In this document: piece after piece, positions 1-10,653 of the stretch
Numbering within the stretch: position 1 is the first letter of the stretch
How the letters are laid out: each line of letters opens with the position of its first letter
NCBI GenBank assembly: GCA_964016885.1
Contig: OZ024743.1
Coordinates: forward strand, 352,718,001 to 352,782,000
From: Eledone cirrhosa
Lineage: Eukaryota
DNA: 64,000 nucleotides
Reading direction: 5' to 3'
The notes under the pieces: model-generated
Databases searched by the model: none
Told to the model about the DNA's origin: nothing
Seen by the model: the letters and a program-made list of their open reading frames with translations, nothing else
Translations under genes and position numbers: made by a program

Positions 1-544
1 GATTAAAGTTCTAGACTAGAATTGAGGTTGATTTAATTCACCAATACTGTCAAATATACAATAGATGCTTAGTGGTTAATCCCTATCATCACCACCATTG
101 GCATTGTTTGGTGTCAAGAATTTGATTCCATTAAAATTAGCTATGTGTATAAGACTATTTTTGAGTTAACAGAATGCTGCTAATGTGGAGATGGGGATTG
201 GAGCAAAACTGGGTCCAAAAGCTAGTTCTCATTGTTGGCTTGTTTCCTTCTATCAGCTGCCCCTTTCCAATTACTTTTAAAGAAGTCACATCCAGCAGGG
301 CATTTTATACTCCAGAGATGGCAGTTAGTCAAATGCATTAACTGTCCACAAGCACCTATCAATAGCTGAATGGTTAGGTATCTACTTGACAATCTTGAAG
401 TGAATTCCTAACCATTCCTAACTTCAGGTTTTATTCTATTGTGTAGCATTTAAAAAAAAGTCATTCACTATAACCTTGGGTCAAATAAAGACTTGCCACC
501 AAAAATGTGTATATGGTAACTACATGGAAGCCTGTCAGATGGAT

Positions 545-1066
545 TCATCATCATCATCATTATCATCACCGTTTTATGCCCATTTTTCCACACTAGCATG
601 GGTTAGGCAAGTTGTCCTGTTGTGGGCAATGCTAGGTCAGGTGACCATATCTTGTTCATACAGAACTGATTTTGGCTTGGTTTCTACACCTGGATGCCCT
701 TCCTAATGCCAACCTTATTTACAGTGAGGACTGGGTGCTTTTTGTCGTGACACCTGCTGCACAACCACTCTATAGTGTGGGCTGGGTGCTTTTTGTTGTG
801 ACACCTACACGACTACTTTACAGTGTGGGCTGGGTACTTTTTGGCATGACACCTACACAACCACTTTACAGTGTGGGACGGGTACTTTTGCCGTACACAA
901 CCACTTTACAGTGTGGGCTGGGTGCTTTTGCCCTACATGACCACTTTACAGTGTGGGACGGGTGCTTTTGCCGTACACAACCACTTTACAGTGTGGGCTG
1001 GGTGCTTTTTCCCTACACAACCACTTTACAGTGTGAGCTGGGTGCTTTTTGTCATGATGTACCTAC
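545..1066 (-). mobile_element. RTE 3'-UTR-type retroposon tail with an expanded ~40-46 bp minisatellite (about 8 units, 718-1066)
   Basis: (CAT)n tail. Motif ctggatgcccttcctaa is shared with the RTE 3' UTRs at 45600-45998 and 58620-58960. Tandem units of ccactttacagtgtgggctgggtgctttt. Confidence 0.8.
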
Positions 1067-1957
1067 AATTCAATGAACCAGCCTCATCACACACTATGTC
1101 ACACTGAATCTCCCTGAGAATTATGTCCAGAGTACATATGCTTGTAGAAATACTCAGCCGTTCTGTCGACTCAACAGCTGGCATAGTTACTTATTGTCGA
1201 AACTGATGGAAGTTCAGTTACTTTCAGTTAATCAACAAAAAGCCAGAACTACAATACAACTTCTATTAATAGAACTTAATTCTTAAGATAAATTCCAAAG
1301 TTCTAAACCTCCATAATTGATAAAGATCATTATTGGCAAACTTCTTTATAATAGTAATAAACCATTATCACATTGATTACATTACAGTCATGTTGTTGTT
1401 GGTGGTGATGGCACTGATATTTCTGGTGTTTCTATAGCAACAATGTTAGTGACAGTGTTTTCCTTGGTGCTGATAATGACAATAATGGTGATGGGTGGTG
1501 GTGGTGGTAAGAAAGAAATATTTTATCAAAGTTTATTATCTATTTCTCTTAATATTTCATTCATGTCTAAAGACATTCCATTAAGATAAAACTAATTAAA
1601 AACTGTACTGATTAACTCTGTGTTAAGAAAAGACTGGCATCCAAGGAGGCAGACAAATATGAAAGATAGGCACAGAGGAGAGGAGTAATAAATAAGGAAT
1701 ACATTTTGAAGAATATCATTCAAAGTGTTGTTGTTGTTTACAGTTTAGCCAAGGAGGGAAGGGCAGTGCCTATAACCCATTTCTGGTGAAAGGGAGGAAG
1801 GAAGATATCCTCAAACTAAACACCTGTCACACCCCAACTATCACCCAAATAACTCAGAACACAAAGAGCTGGAACAAAAATACCCACAAGGCAACACCTT
1901 AACATGTCTGCCAATCCAGTCCTGAGCTTGGGTTTGTTTTTCTTTACTGAATCCAAA

Positions 1958-2097
1958 ATAATTGTTTCTACTTTGGGAACAAGGCCAGCAATTTGGAGGG
2001 GAGGGGGAAAGTCAATTAAATCGGCCCGAGTGCATTACTGGGGCTTTATTTTATCGACCCCATAAGGATGAAAGGTAAAGCTAACCTCGGCGGAATG
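1958..2097 (-). mobile_element. SINE family A (tRNA head, Meta/MESC-like core), long variant, 5'-truncated
   Basis: Core ttatcgacccc.taaggatgaaagg.aaag. Flanking duplication ctga(a/g)tccaaaataat. Confidence 0.8.
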
Positions 2098-2290
2098 TAA
2101 AAAAATCTGAGTCCAAAATAATACCAACCAAAGTTGACTATGACAGAATTTGAACTCAAAGCATAGTGAACTAGGAAAAATACTACAAAATATTTTATCA
2201 TAATGAATCTGCCAAATTGCCACTTTAATCTCTGATTTCAGTCACATTTATTGCATCATTTCATCATTTCCGTCCTTATACAGCAAATAG

Positions 2291-2474
2291 TAATAATTGT
2301 TTCTACTTTTGGCACAAGGCCAGCAATTATTCCAGTGCCTTACTGGTACTTTATTTTATCGACCTCGTAGGGATGAAAGGCAAAGTTAACCTCGGTGGGA
2401 TTTGAATTCAGACAGTAAATGGCCATAACTATGCTGTGAAGCATGGCGTCCAACCCTTTACAGATACTGCCAAC
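2291..2474 (-). mobile_element. SINE family A, near full length
   Basis: Matches the family copies at 7441, 48471 and 48699. Pol III B-box (ga(a/g)ttcaaatccc) on the minus strand. Confidence 0.85.
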
Positions 2475-2740
2475 AGCCAGATAGTCACCCACTTGTAATT
2501 TGACCTTCCAGGGTCACCCCAGCCTGGCATGCTCAACTCAGCAACCTATCTGCTGACCAACTGCTACAACAAACTAGAGTAAATAAGATGATACACATTC
2601 CACATTAACTCCATATACTCTACATTAAATGGGTTTCTTTGTTGTACAAATGAATCAATAAACAATGAATAAATGAACATTTCTGCAACCCCACCCCCAC
2701 CACACTGTGTATGTGTGTGTGCTTTTATTATTTTACTGGT

Positions 2741-2849
2741 CATATCACGCTGAAAACACCGGTTCTTGTCCAATCACCAAAGTTAAGCAACGTCGAGCCT
2801 AGTTAGTACTTAGATGGGTGACCGCTTAGGAACCCTAGGTGCTGTAAGC
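2741..2849 (+). pseudogene. 5S rRNA retro-pseudogene (about nt 10-119) followed by an oligo(A)
   Basis: catatcacgctgaaaacaccggttct.gtcc.atcacc.aagttaagcaacgtcgagcctagttagtactt.gatgggtgaccgctt.ggaa.cctaggtgctgtaagc matches metazoan 5S. Several CpG>TpG/CpA changes. Followed by G(A)11 rather than a T-run terminator. Confidence 0.92.
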
Positions 2850-2861
2850 GAAAAAAAAAAA

Positions 2862-3025
2862 GGCAATGGATTGGCAGTATTGATAGAGTTACGGCCCTTT
2901 ATGGTCTGAGTTCAAATCCCGCCAAGGTTAACTTTACCTTTCATCCTTACGGGGGTCGATAAAATAAAGTACCAGTAATGCACTGGGGAAATTGCTGGCC
3001 TTGTGCCAAAAGTAGAAATAATTAT
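2862..3025 (+). mobile_element. SINE family A with a ~30-nt internal deletion, fused downstream of the 5S copy
   Basis: ggc.gtggattggcagtat head, B-box gagttcaaatcccgcc, family core and tail gtgccaaaagtagaaa.aattatt. Confidence 0.85.
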
Positions 3026-3129
3026 TTTACTGGTTTAAGCCAATCAAATTAAGTGTGGTATTCATTTTGGTTATCTTTTATGGAACCTCTAAGTTATGAC
3101 ATAAGCACACACAACATAGGTATATATGT

Positions 3130-3297
3130 AGGATGGGCTTCTGCATAGTTTCCACCTAACAAATATCACTCACAAGACATTGGTTAACCCGCGACTATAG
3201 TGGAAAACATGTACCCAAGGAATGATACAGTGAGACTGAACCTGAAACAATCTGGTTGTGAAGTAAACTGTTTAACCCCACGACCATGCCTGTGTCT
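3130..3297 (-). mobile_element. Older tRNA/CORE-like SINE (family C), diverged; related copies near 13790, 30205, 33350, 35570, 40645, 49450 and 52220
   Basis: On the minus strand: ggcatggtcgtggggttaa...ggtttcaggttcagtctcactg...ccttgggtacatgttttccactatag. Confidence 0.6.
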
Positions 3298-4254
3298 GTA
3301 CATATATATTATTTGGAATTTAATGTAAAGTATACTTTTTGTGATAAGCATAGAAGTGTAGCCTTGCTGTGAACAGTAAGTAGAGTGACTTAACCTTCAG
3401 TTCTTTTTTTTTTCATAATCTTTCTCTGGTCAGAAAGAAAAAGTAGAATCAATGTAACTGGTTTCTTGTCTTAGAGTCTCAACAGAGAAAATTACTCATC
3501 TTCTGTCCATGGAGAATTAATAAGTTTGGCTACTCATAGTATATACAAACTAGGGAGACACTGTCAACATATCTATTTATGTACAAGACTTCATTACACC
3601 TTCAACCAGTTCAGGCAGCAATTATCCGAAATTCGTCAAAGGTGAAATTTTATCTGCTTTATCCCTTCTTCATACTAACAAATTTGCAGAGTCATTAGAG
3701 TGTTGGAGTAAATGCCTTGATATATGTTCCAGTTCTCTGCGTTCTGAGTCCAAATTCTGCCACGGTCAACTTTGCCTTCCGTCATACAGGAGTCAATTAA
3801 GTTAAGTACCAGTCCAGTGGCAGTAGATTGGCAGAATTGTTAAAGCATAAGACAGGAAACTTTCTAAGTGTTCTGACTCTTTTCATTTTTAGTTCAAATC
3901 ATAACCCCTGACACCAGAAAAGCACTGGCACTTCTGCCAGATAGTATCAGCAATGGAAATACTAATGGAAACAGTTTTCTTGGTTCACTCTGACAACAGA
4001 CTTCTTTCCATTTTATTTTTTAAAATCTTATTAGAAATATCATGGCATTTCAAAGTATAATTAACTCTTAACAAGTGGTCACTCCATGGAAAGAAGATGG
4101 GTATTCTTTCTCTGGTGACTGCCTAAGAAGACTAGAAAACTAGTTAAACCAATCCTACTTTTTCTAATGATGATGATGGAGATATATTAAAAAAAAACAA
4201 AAAATAAATAAATAAATAAAAAATTAAAAAAAAACAAGAAAAAAAACAACCTGA

Positions 4255-4686
4255 CCAAAGAGCACCCTCGTGTTGTGATGAAAAGTACAATGAAAAGCAC
4301 CCAGTTCATCCCTTAAGGTGGAAGTGCTAGTACCACAACAAAGAGCACCCAATTCCCCCTGTAAGGTGATAATGCTAGTACCACAACAAAAACCATCCAG
4401 TCCACCCTCTAAGGTGTTAGTGCTGGTGCCATAACAAAAAGCATTGTCCATCCTGTAAGGTGGTGTGCTGGTGTCATGATAAAAAGTACTCATCCATCCT
4501 GTAAAGTGCTAGTGGTGGAGCCATGATAAAATGCACTCAATACATGTAAATAGCCACAGAAAGCAAGCCTAAAAACAGAACATATGAACAAGACAGTCAC
4601 CTGACCAGTCTAACCCCAGAAGACAATTTTTTTATTCATGTAAGTATGGAAAATAGGCGTTAAATGGTGACGGTGATGATGATGAT
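4255..4686 (+). mobile_element. Diverged RTE-tail retroposon with about 6 degenerate minisatellite units
   Basis: Repeated aaagcacccag...tgtaaggtgg...gtgccat units, ending in ggcgttaaatggtgacggtgatgatgat. Confidence 0.65.
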
Positions 4687-4821
4687 ATTTACCTTATATA
4701 CAAATAGATATACCATAGTTTTTTTACAAGAAGAATCAGATGATGCGAAAAACTACATATGACTTATTTAATGCACCCTACTCTGAGCTTCAACTTTGCA
4801 GCATTTAATGGTGTGTGCTTA

Positions 4822-4867
<46 letters not shown>

Positions 4868-4871
4868 TAAG

Positions 4872-5098
4872 CACACAGTCAGACAGTCCACGCTGTAATG
4901 TGGCCGTGTAGGCAACACGGTAAAAACCTCCCAGCCCCACACTGTAAATGTGGTTGGTGTTAGGAAGGGCATCCAACTGTAGAAAACCCGCCAGACAGTC
5001 CTATGCGAGCAAAACAACCACTCTTGCCTCAAGTGGGAAAACTCCCGTCCAAACACATGCAAGCATGGAACACGGACGTTAAACGATGATGATGATGA

Positions 5099-5102
<4 letters not shown>
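4872..5102 (+). mobile_element. Young RTE LINE 3' UTR fragment inserted between (TA)n tracts
   Basis: Near-identical to 45770-45998. (GAT)n tail. Confidence 0.85.
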
Positions 5103-5153
<51 letters not shown>

Positions 5154-5501
5154 ATATCAGCATTGTAAACAAAAATAGATTGTGTAAAAACAAAAATGAT
5201 TTCAATGTGGGCAGAATATATATTGCCTAGATTTCTATTAGCCAGTTGTAATGACCATTAGATGTTACATATATTGTCAGTTAATTAAAAGTGGTGATTT
5301 AAAAGTACTAGTTAATCTGTTTGTTTCAGGCATAAAAACGCATTGCTATGTTTGCACTGGCAATGATTAATTATATTTGCTAAATGCTTTTTTTAATTGA
5401 ACACTACTACAAGCAAAGTTGCAAATTGCATTTATGAAAAGCAACATGAATCATTATCATCACAGTTCAACATCCATTTTCCACACTAGAAACCAAAGTA
5501 A

Positions 5502-6942
5502 TCTATACATATATATAAAACTGAAATTGTCTGTGTGTGTGTGTCCCCTAATTTTTGCAAAGTCTATACAAATCCACATTTCTACTCCGATTGACTTCAA
5601 ACTTGCATTTATTTATTCCTTGTGGTCTAAACTGCAGCTTTTATTTTTCAATTTTCTGTTGTTAAAGGGGTGTTAGGCGCCAGTTATCGATCTCTCTGTC
5701 TTTCTTAGTCTGTCTTTTTAGATAGTCCGAGTCTGTTATAGCTGTGTATCTTTTTAGATACACAGCTATAACGTCGAGCCCTTATAATATCTGTCTGTAT
5801 GTCTGACTGTCTGCATTACGACAAACATTGTTCCCATTGATGACGTATTATCTTCGCTATTTTCCGTTCATTGCCAGGGAACGTCTTCATGAATCAAAGT
5901 ATCGTCTTCCTGTTTTCCTTCGGTTGCAACGTTTTTCGAAATATTTACTTCTGCGTTCACAGATTGATTTTTTAGTTTCAGAAGATCCCGTTAAGGGTGA
6001 AAGCACATGTTGTAAACAATGTCAATGTTACTGCTGCTACATAGGACTCCCATTACCACTGAACTTTCACCTTTGCATTCTGCACTTCCATCCGCAGGGC
6101 AACATGGAATGGTCTTCATAGTAGTCAGTTTATTGAGGGAAAAACAGAAGGGTCTCGAATTTTCCGTCCAAAAAAACCCATTGACAATAATGAAAACCGC
6201 TAACATCAACGCAGAATGATACATTGTAGGTCGCTTTAACCTGTCTTTTATTAATCAAAAAACTTTCTGCCAATAAACATTAACCCTTTGTGTGCCATTC
6301 ATCTAACTCATTCATAAACCAACAAATACCAAGAACGATGGCGAATGAATCTTCGTGGTAAGCAGTTTCCTCCCGAGCTGTTACACGTGGGATTCTCTGC
6401 TACACCTTCTCATAATAATACTGAACAACGTATTGCTGGTTACTCCTTCCTACAAAAGCCGTATAAAGCGAACATGTGCATCAGGCAGATGGATCGGGTG
6501 CAAACTACACCAGGCCTATGCGAGAAATTCGCAAGGGACTGCACCAAGAGGGATCGAGAGAAAGAGTAACTTAGTGGAAAGAGTGCGAATGAACTTTTGA
6601 GGTAAGTAGCCTACGCCTTACTGCTATGACACTGGAACCTTCTGCCAACTTAACCTGTGACTTTCTCTTTCACATTTACTCCAATAGGCCAAAACAGAGT
6701 GGAAACGCCAGGGGACAACTGTCACAAAAGGAGTATGATAGAAGGAGCTCAACAATATTTCTATGAACAATGCACGTAGACAGCTAAACTGTACTTTCAA
6801 CTTCTTAATTTTCTCCAAATAAAACAAGTTTCCTGTCGGTATATTTTCGTGAGTTTTTAACAGGCACTCACAAATAAACGTTTCTCATTGGAGGTGATAT
6901 TACCAATGTTCTTACCCGTGCAATGCCAGGATACACTACTAG
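5502..6942 (+). mobile_element. Non-autonomous Helitron
   Basis: A|TCTATACATATATATAAAA 5' end. 3' GC-rich hairpin remnant (acccgtgcaatgccagg) followed by CTAG|T. No TSD; inserted between A and T. Confidence 0.8.
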
Positions 6943-7440
6943 TATACATACAAAGAAGGAACAGCTTATTTAACACATCAATTAATATACAAATATATAT
7001 AATTGACTAAAAACACTTCATGGCAATGCCCTAGCATGATCATAATCCAATGAGTAATCCTAGTAAAATAAAATATTAAAAAATAAGGAAAAATGAAAAA
7101 ATGTGTGTATGTATTTATTCCCATTTAGATTCTGTTTTACGTTTATGATATATCAAAATGCTTTTAATATTTTGACATTTAATGTTGTAGAAAGGCAGAT
7201 ATGGTCAGAAATGTGGGTTATAGTATTTAGTAAAGTAGTCAGATTTTCAATTCAAATACTGCCAAAGCCAATGAGGAATGCTCTATATGGTAGACTAACC
7301 TGCTAAAAATAGCAGCCAAATTTCTTTCAAATTCCAGCCTACTACTTATAAGAGAAAAGACATTAAATAATGATGTAGTCCTCAATAAACTATGTCTGAA
7401 AAAGGATTGCCATAATGGATAATGTAGTCTTTGATACATA

Positions 7441-7631
7441 ATTGTTTCTACTTTTGGCACAAGGCCAGCTATTACCCCAGTGTATTACTGGTACTTTATT
7501 TTATCGACCCCGTAAGGATGAAAGGCAAAGTTAACCTCGGCGGGATTTGAACTCAGAATGGCAAGGGCCGTAACTCAATGCATCAAAGCATGGCGTCTGA
7601 CCCTCTACCGATACTGTCAATCCACCACCCT
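7441..7631 (-). mobile_element. SINE family A, full length, 20-bp TSD
   Basis: TSD tgtagtctttgatacataat at 7423-7442 and 7633-7652. Confidence 0.9.
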
Positions 7632-8120
7632 TTGTAGTCTTTGATACATAATGTCTGGAAAAAAGATAGGGCTCGTCACAGATAGAGCATGTTTGATCAT
7701 GGAAAATTGTGACATGCTAGGACTGAGACCCCAATCATTAAAACACCCATGAAACCTCTTATGATATACAACCTCATAGAAGGCCCACAAAACCTTTGCA
7801 TACATGAGTCATAATAACAACAATGTAGTGTGCTCGTTACCAAGATTGTTATAACTCTTGCCAGTCCAAATAAGCATCAATAGGTACTATGTAGAGTTGC
7901 AATCTCTGTTATTGGAGCAATTTATAATAAACATGTTAAGTATTTCATTGACTTGCAGTTCTGAGATCAAATTTCCCTATGTTGGTGGAAAAGAAGTTAA
8001 GGAAACCTTTTTGTGTCGTCCCTTCTATAACTTTATGAAGAGGTTATTTTGGAAGGTACTCTTCAATGAGTCAATGATTCATTGAACTGATCACACATCA
8101 TATTGTAACCCTTTCTTTAA

Positions 8121-8345
8121 CCCTTTAGCATTTATATTTTTGTATACATACTATTGTATTTTCATGGTAAAGGCTTTAACTCACATAATTATCTCACATA
8201 ATATTGAACCTATGAGATTTTGATAGTATTTATTTTGAGAACAATACCTTAACATCAGTATGAGTAGCTGGCTGGTTACAGCCAGTTTGAACAGAAGGAA
8301 GTGAGAGGATTCTGACCGGATATGGCCGGTTTAAATGCTAAAGGG
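8121..8345. mobile_element. piggyBac-type MITE
   Basis: TIRs ccctttagcattta / taaatgctaaaggg, flanked by TTAA on both sides. Confidence 0.85.
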
Positions 8346-8696
8346 TTAAAACTATTTCTAATGAAAGATATTGCCTATAATTTTCGAATCAGGAATTTAG
8401 AAGGATTTAGTAAAATAACTGGCTTATGATTAAACTGGGGACATAACTTAAAGGTTCTTACATAAAATTATGATGGAAGATTCTCAAATAAATACAAACA
8501 TTTTAAAATAAACAGCTCAGTATCATAGAACCAGAAGCAATTATTGGTGGTTTGACATTAAAAGGGTTAAATTTATCAAGTCTCTCAAACTTGACAGACA
8601 TTCTTTATTAAGCTCTACAATCATAACCAACATTACTCCTTCACTAAAATAAACTAAAGGCAATGATGGAGACAATTAAAGCATTCTATGATTTGC

Positions 8697-8828
8697 TGAC
8701 CCTTGCCATTCTGAGTTCAAATCCTGCCGAGGTAAATTTTGCCTTTCATCCTTACGGGGTCGATAAAATAAAGTACCAGTAATGTACTGGGTTATTGTGG
8801 CCTTGTGCCAAAAGTAGAAACAATTATT
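8697..8828 (+). mobile_element. SINE family A, 5'-truncated
   Basis: B-box, core and tail match the family. Confidence 0.85.
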
Positions 8829-9101
8829 TTTTCTGTACACTTTCTTATGTTTTTTTTACAAGACAGAAGTATAAAAACTACCATTAGTGTATTCAATGCT
8901 TCTGCTTGCATTATTTGAAGACTAGCAACTTAGTAATAATAATAACAATAGTAACAATGACCTTCATGTGTGTATATAATAATACTGCTTTAATTTTAAC
9001 TATCATTCAATTTGTTTCCCACCAATTCTATTTTATCACTTTTTAATTACAAGATACATACACTGTAGTAAGTGTAGAGTATATATATATATATATTATA
9101 T

Positions 9102-9134
<33 letters not shown>

Positions 9135-9157
9135 ATTAGTTACAGCAGTGACATATA

Positions 9158-9205
9158 CAGGTACTTAAGTTTTGTTGAGTTATACACCCCAACTTATTCA
9201 ACCTG
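9158..9205 (-). ncRNA. Minimal type I hammerhead-like motif (core UUGAAUAA, degenerate)
   Basis: cagg-TTGAATAA-gttgg..tcaac-AAAAC-ttaa-GTA-cctg. Stem I cagg/cctg; palindromic stem III ACUUAAGU; G12 appears mutated. Confidence 0.5.
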
Positions 9206-9232
9206 TTATATAAGTATGCTTTGTTTATATAA

Positions 9233-9280
9233 AAGGCTAAATGAGTTGGGGTGTATAAACCAACGAAACCTAAGTACCTG
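9233..9280 (+). ncRNA. Minimal type I hammerhead-like motif (core CUAAAUGA, degenerate)
   Basis: agg-CTAAATGA-gttgg..ccaac-GAAAC-ctaa-GTA-cct. Stems I and II pair. Confidence 0.55.
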
Positions 9281-9346
9281 CATTTGTCACTGTTGTAACT
9301 AATTATACTTAACTCATCCTATGGACTAAATGGATATTTCTACAAA

Positions 9347-9392
<46 letters not shown>

Positions 9393-9461
9393 AAAAAAAG
9401 ATGAAATCGAAAATGTAACTGGAGTCTTATTTTAAAAAATATATATACATTTATTTGGTTC

Positions 9462-9497
9462 CTTTACCGATTTCGCAGTTCTTCTGCTTTTCAAAAG
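9462..9497 (-). ncRNA. Hammerhead-like motif, U3-A8 core (inverted copy)
   Basis: ctt-TTGAAAA-gcag aagaa ctgc-GAAAtcgGTA-aag. Confidence 0.55.
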
Positions 9498-10024
9498 TAG
9501 AGTTGAGATGGAGGGTCTGTGGTTTTTCTCACATCTAGTTGGTCTTTGAATGTTACTTGTTTTATATGGAAAAAAGTGGCTCGAAACGCCAGGTTTTTAG
9601 AGAAGTAATTTGATTGGTTGGTCAATAAGTATAATAAATTTCGCGTATAATAAAAACATACATATCTCTACTTTCTTTATTTCAATAGAAAATTTGAATT
9701 CTGACACCCCAGTGAACCAGCCATATTCACTGAACCAGAACAATTCTCCCATCCCATTTCTCTTGACCATTATCTTTTGCTTGTCATAAAATTCTCTAAA
9801 AGGTTACAAAATAAATTCCCAAATACGGGTGCAAAATTTAATGAACTTGTTCACGTGACAGCCATAATTTCATTTATAACCAATCAAATTACATTTATAA
9901 AAAAAAGCCTTCGTGAGTCCCTTTTTTCTAAGTAAAAGGAAATTCAAACACTCCATATAAAACAAGTAACATTCAAAGACCAACCAGATGTGAGAAAAAC
10001 CACAGACCCTCCATCTCAACTCTA

Positions 10025-10060
10025 CTTTTGAAAAGCAGAAGAACTGCGAAACCGGTAAAG
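10025..10060 (+). ncRNA. Minimal type I hammerhead motif with U3-A8 core
   Basis: ctt-TTGAAAA-gcag aagaa ctgc-GAAACCGGTA-aag. Stem II 4 bp; palindromic stem III ACCGGU; GUA cleavage triplet; stem I only 3 bp. Confidence 0.62.
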
Positions 10061-10609
10061 GAACCAAATAAATATATATATATTTTTTTTAAATAAGACT
10101 CCAGTTGCATTTTCGATTACATCTTTTTTTCTTTATACTTTCACTCGTGTAGGACACCTCGGTTATTTTTCATTTTGTAAAAAAACCTCACTTTCTAATA
10201 TATATATATATATATATACCGTATTTTTGGCTAAAGATGGAAAAAGATGAGTATTGACATACATGGGACGTCAATACACATCTTTTTCCATTTCTCTGAG
10301 GGTTCTAAACCCCACTATCAGGCCAAAATTTCTTTAGCCAAAAATATGGTGAAAGCTTATATTTCTAATTTTCAAACTTGCTCACTGTTTTCAAAACATA
10401 CTTAACTTGATATATATATATTGTTATACATGGGGAGGGTCATATTGTTGTAATAATATTGCCAGAAATAATAACAGAACACACTCACTGTTTGGTTGGT
10501 TTTCGCTTCTGTATCTTTTATATCTTCATAGTTAATTTATTTGGCAATCAGTGTTTATCCTTGACTGACCATCAGTTAAAAATACAGATATAAATATATA
10601 TATATAGTC

Positions 10610-10653
10610 TATCAAAGTTCTTTCGTTGCACATCTGCAACATCATCAGTGGTA
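10610..10653 (-). ncRNA. Minimal type I hammerhead motif, canonical core
   Basis: tacca-CTGATGA-t-gttgca gatg tgcaac-GAAAgaaCTT-tgata. Perfect 6-bp stem II; stem I has one mismatch. Confidence 0.7.

Larger units (their letters stand above)
9131..9345. mobile_element. Penelope-like pLTR module with ~85-bp inverted arms, between (TA)n tracts
   Basis: 9131-9215 is an imperfect reverse complement of 9223-9307. Each arm contains an HHR-like motif. Confidence 0.6.
9385..10197. mobile_element. Penelope-like element remnant with inverted pLTR pair (9385-9570 vs 9952-10137)
   Basis: ~185-bp high-identity inverted repeat, bounded by (TA)n, with an HHR motif in each copy. Confidence 0.65.

Noticed and set aside
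718-1066. CRISPR-like array
   Set aside because: The units are contiguous tandem copies with no unique spacers, the context is eukaryotic, there are no cas genes, and the array is part of a retroposon tail.
2741-2849. Functional 5S rRNA gene
   Set aside because: The 5' end is missing, CpG decay is evident, there is an A-tail instead of a T terminator, and it is flanked by a TSD.
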